Origin: Rhizaria sp. SCN 62-66
Taxonomy: Eukaryota
Assembly: GCA_001724265.1 (NCBI GenBank)
Contig: MEDY01000122.1
Span: 1 to 64,000 of the forward strand
DNA length: 64,000 bases
Reading direction: 5' to 3'
Shown here: in pieces, positions 49,901 through 61,900 of the stretch
How the letters are laid out: each line of letters opens with the position of its first letter
Numbering within the stretch: position 1 is the first letter of the stretch
The notes under the pieces: generated by a model
Databases searched by the model: none
Told to the model about the DNA's origin: nothing
What the model saw: the letters and a program-made list of their open reading frames with translations, nothing else
Made by a program: the position numbers and the translations under genes

Positions 49901-52900
49901 CAGCAGCACACAGGAGTCGAGGCCGACTCCCTGTGGTCGCTTAATCTGGGCAACGGCAGCGGCAACACCACCAACAACAGCAGCAATGACAACAGCGCTG
50001 CTAACGCTTCCTCCGCCAGTGCCGGTTTGACTAGTCCGACGGCTGCCAGACGCCGCCCTCCCCCCGCCCTCCCTGGCGTTAGCGCTAACAGCAACAACAG
50101 CAGCAACAGTTCCAGTCTCCAGGGCCTCGCAGCCGTTGCGACCGCGACTGCCTCCGCGTCCCTCGCTTCCTCGTCGTCCGACCAGAGCTGTAGCAGCGCG
50201 ATGGGCCCCACAGTGAACGTCGATGAAGCGATGGCGTGCAACAACATCTCCGGTTTGGCGCACTACTCGAGCGCGTTCCTGCCCCCCGGCCGCCACATGA
50301 TCGCGACTCTGTGCGCGTCGCATGGCGGGCTCCGCAAGCACTTGCTGTCTCTCACCCAGGCCACGCCCCTGCCTTCTGCTTCGCAACCTAATTCTCACTC
50401 TCAGTCTGGCTCTAGCTCTGGCTCTAGCGCCGCTAACCCGAGTGATATTTGGTGGCGCAACAACACCGCCGTCGCGAGTAACATCGCTGGCAAGAGCGCA
50501 TCTCCCACGCAAAGCGCCTCATTCGATGACGAGGACGCGGAGGGCGACTGTGGGATCTCGGCCCTCTCGGCGTTGTCCCCGCTCGACCCCCAGGGCTGGG
50601 ACTTCCTGCTCTCGCTGGCCAGCGCCACCTCGCTCGAGGGCCAGAACCAGTGGACGCTCGCGGTAGGCTACCTCTTCCGCTCGGCGCTGACGGCCGTTCT
50701 GTCGCAGCAGGTCAAGCTTCAGGTCAGCAACTTCGAGGTGGAGAAACACGTCTCACTGCTCGCTCCCTCCGCCTCTGCCGCCCACGATCGCTTCGCCGAC
50801 GGCGCGGCGCCCAAGCTCGGCGTGTCGTCCTATTTCGTCAAGTGCTCGATGGGTCTGTTCACCTTCCTGGCGCCCCCGCCCACCGCAACCCTGCTCCGCG
50901 CTGTTACATATGCAAAGACGCGTCTCTCGCCGCTGCTGCGCCCCGCCGGGTCCGCGTTCGCTGCGGCCAACGTGACCGCGCTCACGACCCACCGCGTCGC
51001 CGTCGCGCCCACGCTGCTGCCGTCGAGCATCGCCGCCGCCAGCAACGGGAGCAGCGCGGCGGGGCTAGTGCAGGCGCTGGACAGCAACGCGCCGCCGTCG
51101 CTGCTGCCGCTGACGGCGACGCAGGTGCAGCAACAGCAGTCGGATATCTACGGCAGCACCAGCGTCTCTCTGCTCATGCCCACCGCTGATAGCAACAGCC
51201 ACAGCAACAGCAGCAACTCTGTGAATGCTAATGCGAATGCAAACTCTGGCACGGGGGTGACCGTGAGCAGCACTGCCTCTGTGGCCGCCGTGTCCGGCGC
51301 CGCTCAGGGCCAGTCTCAATCCGCCGGTCAAAGCGCCACCCACAACGGCGCCGGCGGCAGCGGCAGCAGTGGCGCCAGCGGGTCTCAGGCGCAGCAGAGC
51401 GGGAGTGGCAACGGCGGACACACGTTCGGCGTGGTCCACGACCAGTCTGACGTGACGCTGACTGCGATGCGCAACACTGCGGTACTCATGGCCATCACGT
51501 GTATCGTCCCTAGCAAGGCGCTGCAGCTGCCGCTGGACTACATCGTCACTGCGCCCGCCTTCTACAACGCGCTCAACGCCACCAACAGCGACTACCGCGC
51601 GAATGCGGACGCGAGTGCGAGCGCGAGCGCTACTGTGGACTCGCTGCTGTCACCGCACCTGTTCAGAGACGGCCACTCGATCTACCAGGACCTGACCCTG
51701 CTGCTGCTGTCGACCTCGCTGCACGTGCGCCGCATCGCCGCCACTGCGCTGGGCGCGGCGCACCCGCTCGCAGTGCCGATTGTGCTTCACGGCATGCTCG
51801 AGCTCGAGAAGGCAGTGTACACTTCGACGGAGCCCTTTGAGCTGCTTCCTCCTTTCGCTCAAAACATCTTCACCGGCATCAACAACGGCATGGCCGCAGG
51901 CGGCGCTGCTGCTACTGAATCGAGCAGCAGTAAGTCTAGCGGGAAGGATAAGGCGATTGTCGACAAGGACCGCAAGGTTCGCCTTGCAGCCATGCAGCTG
52001 ACCCCACTTGCGCTCACCCACAGCGGGAACGGCTCCGGCAGTAGCAACAACAACGTCGACATGCTGTGCTCTAGTGCTTCCGGGGACAGTGTTGCTCTTG
52101 TCAATCCCTCGTCCGGTAGCGGCGGCACTGCTGGCAGTAACCGTTTCCCTCCCTGCGACCCGACTGGCGGCCTCGCCATCCCGCTCATCAAGGGCGTCCT
52201 CTCGCTCTCAGGGCTCGGCCCCAACCCCAGCGGCAGCAAGTCCGCCTCCGCGGTACGCAAGCTTACTGATGACCTCCGCATCGGGCTCGCGCACGTCTAC
52301 CGCCTGCTCTCGGAGCACTTAGACGCGCAGTACTTAGACCGGCACTTGCACGTCAAGGCCCGGTTCTTCATCGCGATCAATGAACACTTTTCCTTCTTTT
52401 CGCAGCTCGGCAGCGACTTGCGCTGGGATTTACTCGCGCTGCGCACTGATTTCTGCATTATCCTCCGCCGTGTCGCCTTCGAAAGCCTGTCTGCCACTCT
52501 CTTGCGCTCCCGCCTGCTCCCCGCTCTCACCCACAGCTCTGCCAGCTGTTCCGACTCGAGCAGCTCGAGTGGCTCCAACAGCTCTAGCTCCAAGAAGGGC
52601 GTTAGCTGCGCTGTGCCGTTCGCCTTTGCGTTCACCACGGAGTTGCGCTCGGCGCTGTTTGAGTTCATGCTTTCCTGGTGCGGCCTGGGTCCCGCTACGG
52701 CCACAGCGAGCTACCACACGCGCATCGCGCAGCACAAGCAGGAGCTCCTTGCGCGCGTCAAGAGCAAGGACACGGCGCTGCGCGCGACGCTCGAGGCAGC
52801 CTTCACGGAGCAGGTCGCGGGGCTGCAGCACGAGACACTGCACGCCATGGCCTCTCTGTTGGGAGGACCCAACTTCGACGGCACGGTGCTGGCGCTGCTG

Positions 52901-55900
52901 CAGGAGGCGGCAACTGGCGGGCCTGCGACTGCCGCAGCCGCGGCCGAGGAGGCCAAGGCCGCCGCCGCCGCTGCCGCCGCCGCCGCCCGTGGCGGCAAGA
53001 GCAGCAGCAGCTGGTGGGGCCGCAAGGGCAAGCGCGAGGTGACGGACGCGCTCACAGCCCGCAGCGCAGTCTTCTCCTGGGTCAACGCGCTGCTGTTGTC
53101 ACCGGCGCCGGCCGTGCGCGACGTGGGCTTCCTGGCGCTGCACGTGTTCATCTCGAGCAACAAGGCGCTGCTGCCCGCTTTCATCAACCAGTGCTACGCG
53201 AAGCAAGCTGCGCTCGGCCGCCGCTACTTCCTCGTCGTTGCGCGCGTCATCCTGCTCTGTTACAGCGGCCACGACTTCGTTGATAACGCACTCGGCCGCA
53301 AGTCCCTCGCCAGCAGCCCCACGGGTGACCCCATGGGTACCGGGAGTTACAGCAGCTTTCGCGAGCGCGGGTGGCATATCCCGCTCGACCTCGTGACTCA
53401 CCTGGCCATTAACAAGCTCGGCGACGCCAGCTACAGCGTGCGTTCGATGGCCCTGCGTCTGCTGCCGCTGCTCGAGCAGCACTTGTCCGAGCACGCCACT
53501 GCGCTCGGCCTGTCTAACGTCGCTGCATCGAGTGACCGTGAGCAGCAGCAGCAGGGTGACCGTGAGCAGAGTGACTGTGAACAAGAGGAGGAGCAGCAGC
53601 AGTACGGTGGTCTGTTTGGATGGGACGCTGATATGAACTACATTTCGAGTCACTACACCAACACCAACAACAGCAACAGCCGCAGCAGCTTCTACGTCAA
53701 CAGCCACGGCAACTTTGCTGCCGACAACGAGGAGTGTAAGGGCGGCGACGAGGACGACTGTGAGGCTAAGAGTGCTGCCGAGGCTGCTGACACCGTTTGC
53801 TTGCAAGACGACGCTTACGGCGACGCTGCCCGCTTACGCGCAGACGAACACTACTTAGAGCAGCAGGAGAGGTACTCAGAGCAGCAGCAGCAGCGTAAGA
53901 GTAAGAGCAAGAACAAGAAGAAGGCTGCCCGGTCTAAGTACCCCGCGCCCTCAGCGGCGCGTGTAAGGGGCGCCCCCGAGGACGTTCCCTTAGACTGCTT
54001 CGACCACGAGCCCTCGGCCATCCTCACCTCGCACCTGCCCGACACGTACCTCAAGGTGCAGGTCTCCTGGTCGCGCCGGCTGGCCGGCAAGTTCTCCCAC
54101 CTTGCGCTGCCGCTGCTGCAGGAGGTCGCGGTGCGGATCCACTTTGTGGCCACGGCGGCCGAGCAGCAGCAGCTGCTTGAGTACACGCGGCCCTGGCTCC
54201 AGCACATCGTGCTCACGAGCGCCGAACACTGCTTCCCGCCCAAGCCGTCCGCACTCTACGCAAACCCCCTCAGCACCAATGGCGCTGCTGTTGACGCTTC
54301 GAGCAACAACAGTCAGAACGTGCAATTCAATAACTTCGTTGAGAGTGCTGCTGATGGTGCATTTGCGGGCCCTGTTTTCTCGGTCCCGTCGCAGTCGACC
54401 TCGACGTGCGTGATCCTCAACGACGCCGACAGCGACGCCCTCATCACCTGCCTGCTGGGTCTCATGTGCACGCTCGGTGGCCATTGCGCGCAGCAGCTCG
54501 ACGGGCTCTGGACTGCACTCGTCTGCTCCACCTTCGCCGAGGATACCACGCCCAGCGCGTACGTCAAGTTCGTTTATAACCCCCTCTCTGTCTCTGCCTC
54601 TAACCCTCAGAGCAACACTGCTCGCATGAGTGATAGTGATGGCTCTGGTGCTAGCGCCAGCAACGGCGGGATGGAGGCCATTTTCGCAGAGGAGGAGCCT
54701 AGCAGCAACACAAACACTAACAGGTACGCATTATTTTTCAGTCAAACGTCACTTTAAAATCACAATTATTCGCATTTCCGTTGAATATCTTCTCACAGTA
54801 GATTATGCTTTCCTTGTTTTTGTTATATCTCTTCTCCTTATAGGCGCGATGTGTTCAAGATGCAGAACACCGCGGTTGTTCTGACGCACCTGCTGCTCAC
54901 CGTGAGCGGCCGCGTCCATGGCCGCTTCGACAACACGTTGCTCCAGGCCTGCAAGTCGGTCACTCTGTACCTCTCGCGCGCGTGCCCGCTCTACGTGCTC
55001 AACGCGCTGGCCCTGCAGGTAACGCCCAACAGCCTGTTCGAGGCCGGCATTCCCCCGCCTCCGCATAGTAGCAGCGGCGACGCGGCGACCGCGACGTTCT
55101 CATCGGTCGCCCATCTCTACGCAAGCAACGGCAACGCTGCCGCTGAGAGCGACTCGAGTGAGACCGCTATTGTTACCGCTGCTTCTGCGTCTGCGCCTGC
55201 TACGAGTTCCAGCAGTTACTCCACCACTGCTGGCCTCTCTAGCTTCAGCCCCCGCAACTCCGCTAACTCCAGCGCCCCCGGCTCTCACATCGCCGCCGCC
55301 GTCGCCGCCCTGAGCAGCGGCGGCGCCGGCGTGGCCGCGGCCGCGGGCTCCGCCGCGCCCCGCGTGGACTGCGCAGCCGACCTCATGACCGTGGGCGCCA
55401 GCGCCTTCACCACGACGGCGCGCTCGACGGACGTCGCCGCCATCGCCGCCACGGTGCCGTACACGGCGCCTGTCGCGGCCGCCGCGGCAGACGGGCCACA
55501 GGGGCCCGGTTTGCTGTTCTCGCCGACAGCGGCCGCCGCCACTGCCAATACCAGTGCGCACACGCGCAACGCCGTCAACAGTCACTTGAAGTTCACCTTT
55601 GCCCCGACGACGACTGCTGGTGCTGCTGCTGCTGCTCCCGGCGACTTTGCAGGCAGCAGCGTTGCCGCAACCTACGACGTCCTGGTCAACTCCCCGAACC
55701 CCTCCGCCGGACTCGAGGCCTTCACCGTGACGTCCTCGACGGCCTACGGCAACTACTTCCCCGGCGAGGCAGTGTACATGTCCCCCTCGACGCTCGCACT
55801 GTCGCTGCTCATCGACTCCGTGTACGAGCTCTCGCTCCCCGCCGCCGCCGCTGGGCTGTCCGCAGACACGGCCGCGCTTGAGGCAGGCGCGAGCTATCTT

Positions 55901-58900
55901 CTGAACAACAACAACAGCAACGGGAGTAACAGCGTGACGGCGGCGTTCTCCGCGCTATTCCGCCGGGCAGTCTGCGGCCGCAACACGAGCGGCGTGAACA
56001 CCACCGCCAGCAACGGCTGCGGCTACTACAACAACATCAGCAACAACACGAAGGGCGGCGCAAGCGAGAGTGAGAATAGCGGGTGTGTATTGGGCGACAG
56101 CTGGTCTCGCCAGCCCGTCTACAGTGCCGCTGCGCTCTTCGAGCTGCCAACGCTGACCGAGTGCTTGGTGCAGATCTTACACATCGGCGTCCAGGGCTTG
56201 GCGGCGCACAACAAGCTCATCGTGCGGCACCACTGCGCAATGCTGCTTGTGAATCTCACGCACGCCGTCACCTCGCTGCCCCCCATCAAGAGCGCTCACG
56301 GACAGTTTGTCGGCTCTGCTGCTCACGGCCACCCCGCCACTGCCGCCGCTGGTGCGACTATTGGTGGGGGCTACACTGGCGAGCGCGGGGCGTTCGTGCG
56401 CGTGCAGCAGCTCAAGGCACAGGCCTCGGCCCGCAAGCAAGGCGTCACCATGCTGCTCTGCGGGTACCTCGACTCTCTGCTCAAGACCACGGTGGACGAT
56501 GTGAGCGCGACGATCGCCTTCACGCCGCGCTGCTGGGACATCGCGCTGCTCTACGACGCTAGCACCAGCGCGCAGACCGCCACCGCCGCGGCCGCCGCGC
56601 TCAAGGCCGGTGCGCGCAATCTAAGTACCCCGGCCACCGGTCTAAGTGCTGGCGCCCCGGTGCCCGACGCCGCAAGTGTGTCTGCGCAGTCCCCCGCCAT
56701 CACCGTTGACGACGCGTCCTTGACCTCGCGCGTGACACGCTTGCTGCTCTCGGTCCTCGCCGACGCCGGTCTCTCACAGGCGCAGCTGGCCTTCTGCTGG
56801 GGCCATCTCGCGCTGCGCTGGGCGCTGGCGTCGCGCCACCCGCAGGCCAAGCTGCGCGCGCTCGACGTGTACCGCAACGCACAGCCGCAGTTCCAGCCCT
56901 CGGCGCTGCCGCTGCTGGCCCAGCTGCTGGCGCAGACGGCCGCCGGCACGCCCACCGGGCTGCTCGACGACAGCGTAGAGGGCTGCCTCCGCCGCGCCTG
57001 CGCCCCGCTCCTGGGTAACGTTAACTCTAATGATGCGAACTGTGGCGCTGCGAGCAGCAGCAACGCCGTCACAGTCACGGAAGCGTTTGTGGTTACTCGC
57101 GCGCTCGAAGACGCCCTGCAATACGACCGTCGCCGGCTCTTGATCGCTGCTACCAGTGTGCCTCAGCTCACCCCTGCCGCAAACGCGTCATCTGCGAGTA
57201 CATCCACGGGTTCTGACAGCTATAGTAGCAACAACGGCGGTGTCACATCCCCGCGTGTTGCTCTGGCCAACCGCATGTCCTCTCTGTCGCTCTCCGACGT
57301 CAGCAGCAGCGTCCGCGCCCTGTTGGCCGCCGCTGGCCGTCTCCCGGCCGGCCGCGCCGAGGTGGCAGCGCTGGGCGCCGGCTTGGGCGCGGCGGCGGGG
57401 GCCGTGGACTGGGTCCTGGTGTCCAACACCGTGGGCGCAATGCAGCACCTGCTGGCGACTGCGCCGGCGGCAGTCATGAGCATCACCAACCACACGCTCG
57501 TCGCCGATAGTGACAAGGCGGGGGAGAGCGAGGCGCCGATAACGCTCATGGGCTGGTGCTCCCTCGCTTCCACTCTGCAGTCGCGCACGAGTGTTGCGGG
57601 AGCCACCGCCGCTGTGAGTGCCAAAGCTGTCGCTGCGCACAGGACCCGCGCCCTCGGCAAGCTCATTACCGTCGCCGCGGCCTTCCGCGCTGTGCTGTGG
57701 TCCGCCGTCGGCCTCATGCGGCTTGACTTGCACACCGACCCCGCCGATAATAGTCGCGGCATGCTGCAGTCGCCCGTCTTCCCGCCCGCCTTCACCGCCG
57801 GCGCGAGGCTGCTGTCCGCGTTCGTCGACTCGCCGCTCACCACGCTGCACCCCGTCACGGCCAGCAGCGCGCACAGCGCATACGTCACCTCTCTGAACAG
57901 CAACAGTAACAGCAGCAGTACTGGCGCATTGATGGCGCTCACGAACAACCGCCGGTGGGCGGTCGCGACGGCCTTCACCCAATTCCTGCAGTGGCACGCC
58001 GTGGCGCCGCCCGCGGAGCTGCTGGCGGTTCTCAGCGACAACAACGGTGCCGCGCCGCTGCTGGCCGCCGGCGGCGTCCGGACGGCCACCGCGGTCGCCC
58101 GGTCCCGCCTGTCGCTCGCGGGCGCCGCAGCCAGCATGCAACAGTTCCAGTACCAGAACAACAACAGCAGCGGCAACGGAAGCGGCGGCTCCTCGAGTAA
58201 CGGTGTTGCGCCGATGGCGTTCGCGTTCACCGGGCTGCACGCGCTGCTGATGCGCGGTGTGAGCACACTTAATACGCACGTCCGCGCCGTCGCCGCGCAC
58301 AGTTTGCTGTCGCTGTGGTCCGCGCCCCCGACCCTGCTCACGGTCACCGACGTGGCCTACTTCGACAAGACGCCCTTCCACACCGCGGGCACCGCCGCGG
58401 CCGCCGTTACTGCGCTCGCGCAGAGCAACGGAAGCCAGGCCGCGCTGGGGGCGGCTTACCTTAACGTCGAGACGCTGCTGCCGCAGACCGCGGTGGTGAC
58501 GGCGACTGTGGAGCAGTTCAACATCGCTGCCCCGCTTCTGCTGCGCCAGACGCCCGCCTTCTTGGCGCTCGTCACTGCGATTCCTCTGCTGATGCACGCG
58601 TTGTCCGAGCCCCGATCCTCGCTGCACGTGTTCAGCGACTTGTACGTGCCGGCCACCTCCGCCACCCATAACCCCACCGCTGCGACCGCTAATAACAGCG
58701 GCGGCAACGCCGTGTACGTGAGTGGGCCCCAGAGGTCCAAGGCCGTCGCCGCCAAGGCTGCCGCCCACCAGTCCTCTCTCGCGAACAGCAACGGCAAGAA
58801 CACCTCCGCCGTTGGTGTTTCGACCGAGAGTGGTTTCTTTGGCGTGGCCACACACAGCATCCATGACCCCTTTGCGACGGCCACGCTCGTGTCGCTCGCG

Positions 58901-61900
58901 GCGGGGCTGGCCGAGGCCCTGGCCAAGACGCCCAACGGCGCCGGGCTGCCCACTGCGCTGCACTCGGTCAACCTCACGCTGTGCCCCAACACCGCCGCTG
59001 CCCAGCGCAACGGCAGCAAGAGCAGCAGCTACAGCAACAGCTGCGTGAGCGGCCACAGCAACGCAGTGCACTACTCGCAGCTGGCGGTTATCCGCGCCGG
59101 CTCTGTGCCGCCGCTGCTGGCCTCGACGCTGCTAGCGCTGTCTCTGGCGGCCAAGGCCCGCGGGCTCGCCTTCGCGCTCGACGAGGTTGAGCTCAGCGCG
59201 GTCTTCGCGGCCTACTGCGAGAACGAGTACTACGAGCTCAAGTTCGTGCCTTTCTCCAACGACCAGGACGTGGCGCCCGACGACTCGTCGCTGCGTCGCC
59301 AGGCGGTCTATTTCTCGCGCACCCATAGTACGGGGGTGGGGGGCCGCGCACATGCCGCGAATGCGGCCGCCGCAGACCGTTCCCGTGCTCTGCTGTCGCC
59401 GACCGCTTCGGCGGCACTGACGTCGCCGCTGGCCTCTGCGTCGTTCTCGTTCTTCCCGTCCAATTCCACGTCCATCTCGAGCTCTCTTTCCTCGTCCAAC
59501 GCGAAGTCTTCAGCGGCATCGTCGTCGAAGTACCCCCTTGGTGCTTCCTCTGCTTTGCCCCCCGCAGGCTACACGGCTTACACTCACAGCGACGACACGG
59601 CGGGCGGCCTAACTTCCGCCGGCGGCCTCTCCGTCCCGCCCGCGGCGCGCTTCCTGCAGGACGCGGGCGCTGTGCTGGCCGAGGCGCTGGCGTCGCTGCA
59701 GGTCTCGGCGTCGTCCCGCCTCACCAAGACCACGGCCGTCACGACGGTGCTGACCGCCTGCGCGAGTCTGCTGGAGCCGCTGCTGCGGCCGGTGCACTCG
59801 CTCGCGCTGCTCGACGACCCGCACTACCACAACAACGCGAGCGGCACCCGCGCCGCCGCAAACGGCCGCCATGGCTTCGGCTCCGGCTCCGCAGGCCCCG
59901 CGGTCGGCACCGACGGTGTCTTCCGTCTCCCGACCGCTTTATCGTCGCTGTCTGTGCCCAGCGCGCTCGCACTGCTCCACACGCTCGGTGCGGGCTCGGC
60001 CGCCACGGCCGCGTCGCTGCGCGCGTCCGCCACCGCCTACCTCGGCCAGCTCCAGCAGCAGCAGCAACAGGCTAACAACATCAACGACTCTAGCGCGAGC
60101 ACGAGTATGAGCGTGAACGCCAGCGTCAACACTGCGACTGCGATGCTGCTTTCGGCGCTGGATCCTTCTCTGGCGCGCGCGCTGGCCGTCAGCGGCCCCG
60201 GCGACGAGCTTCTGGCGCTGCACACACTGCGCTTTGAGGCCCACCAGACCGAGCTGCTGTACGCGATCATGGCGCACTCTGACTGGGGCTCGCCCATCTC
60301 TATCGACTCCGCGAACACGGCCAACAGCAGCAACGCGGTGGTCGTCGCGAGCGGCAGAGCGGGCAGCACGCGCAGCTCCGTCAGCGGCAGCGGCGCCGTC
60401 ACTGGGGCGGGCGCGTCCCGCCTGGCCGAGGCCGCGGCCGCGGGCGCGCTCTTCCACGAGCTGGGCGAGCTTCTGGCCACGGCCGGCTGGCGGTCGATCG
60501 ACCGCGTGCTCTCGCTCGCCGTGCGCACCAACACGGCCTCGGCCAGCAGCAGCACCGATCACGGCGACGGCGCGCGCGGCGGCTCCAGCACCGAGGTCGA
60601 GGACGGGCTGCGGTCGCGCCGCTACCTGGCCCACGTGGCCATGTCCGCGCCGGGCACGTACACCACCAGCGTGGGCTTCGCGACGCAGCAGGCGGCGTCG
60701 GTGGCCGCGCAGCTCGAGACGGCGCGCGTGGCTTGCCACAGCAAGGCGCTTGCCCGCAGTGCCAAGCAGCAGAGCGACGTAATGCGCCGCCGCTCGCTCG
60801 CGTTTAATAACAGCGACAACAGCAGCGGCAACGGTGCTAACACCCCGAACGCTGCTGCGAAGCTGAGCACGCGTGCTGTCGTCGTCGACGGCGCCGACGA
60901 CGGCGACGACGTTGGCGTGGGCGAGGTCGTGGCTACCGGCGTCCGCCGCAACCGCGCCAGGTTTTCGCTGGCGCCCGCCGCGGCCAACTTCAGCGCCTTC
61001 GACGGCAAGGAGCAGCGCAAGCCCGATGCCGAAGAGGAGGACGAGGAGGACGGTGTCGGCGTGCCAACTGCGCACAGCAACCTGACGAAGCCGCCTAAGT
61101 CCCACGGCGCACAGCCGCAGCAGAGGCCCATGAGACCGACTCCGCCCGTGCCTGTCCGTCGCCGCCCGGCCCCCGCGATTCCGTCTACCGCGAACGCTGC
61201 TATCGATGAGAGCAACAGCGAGTTGACCGACACCATTCTCAACAGCTTGAATGTCGGCGCCGGAAGCAATGCAGTCGTTACCACGACCAACAAGGGTTCG
61301 ACAGTCACCGTCACTGTCACGGCCACTCTGTCCCCGCGTGCGAACGCGGCCAATGGCGCCAGCAGCGGGCATACCAAGGGCAAGAACAACTTCAACATCA
61401 CGAGCGTCAACAGCGTCGTCACCGACAACAACAACGGCGCCGTCATTGCCACCACGAATAACAACAATAATACCGCTCACACTAATACTGGCGCTAGTGG
61501 CTTCCTGAACGCCACCGCCCCAGCGAGTGGAATGAAGAAGCGTGGTGTCGCCCTGGCCCCTGTGACCGTGGACTCCGACTCCGAGGCCGAGACGGAGCCC
61601 GTCCCCCGCCTGCATACTATGGGCCTCGACCCCGCACCCGAGTACGACGACATTGACGCGATTGCGTACGCGCAGCAGCAGGCGGTGGCGGCGGCGGCCG
61701 CGGCGGCTGCTGCGATGACGGAGCAGCAGCGCCAGAACCAGGCGTACCACACCGCGAACTACTCGAGCGACCACGTCAGCAGCGCCACCGCGAGCGCTAC
61801 TGCTGGCGGCCCTGAGTATGCTGACGACGGCGACTATGAGCACAAGGAGCAAGACGAGGAGTACTACTCCGACCACGAAGACACTGGCTATGACCAGGAT

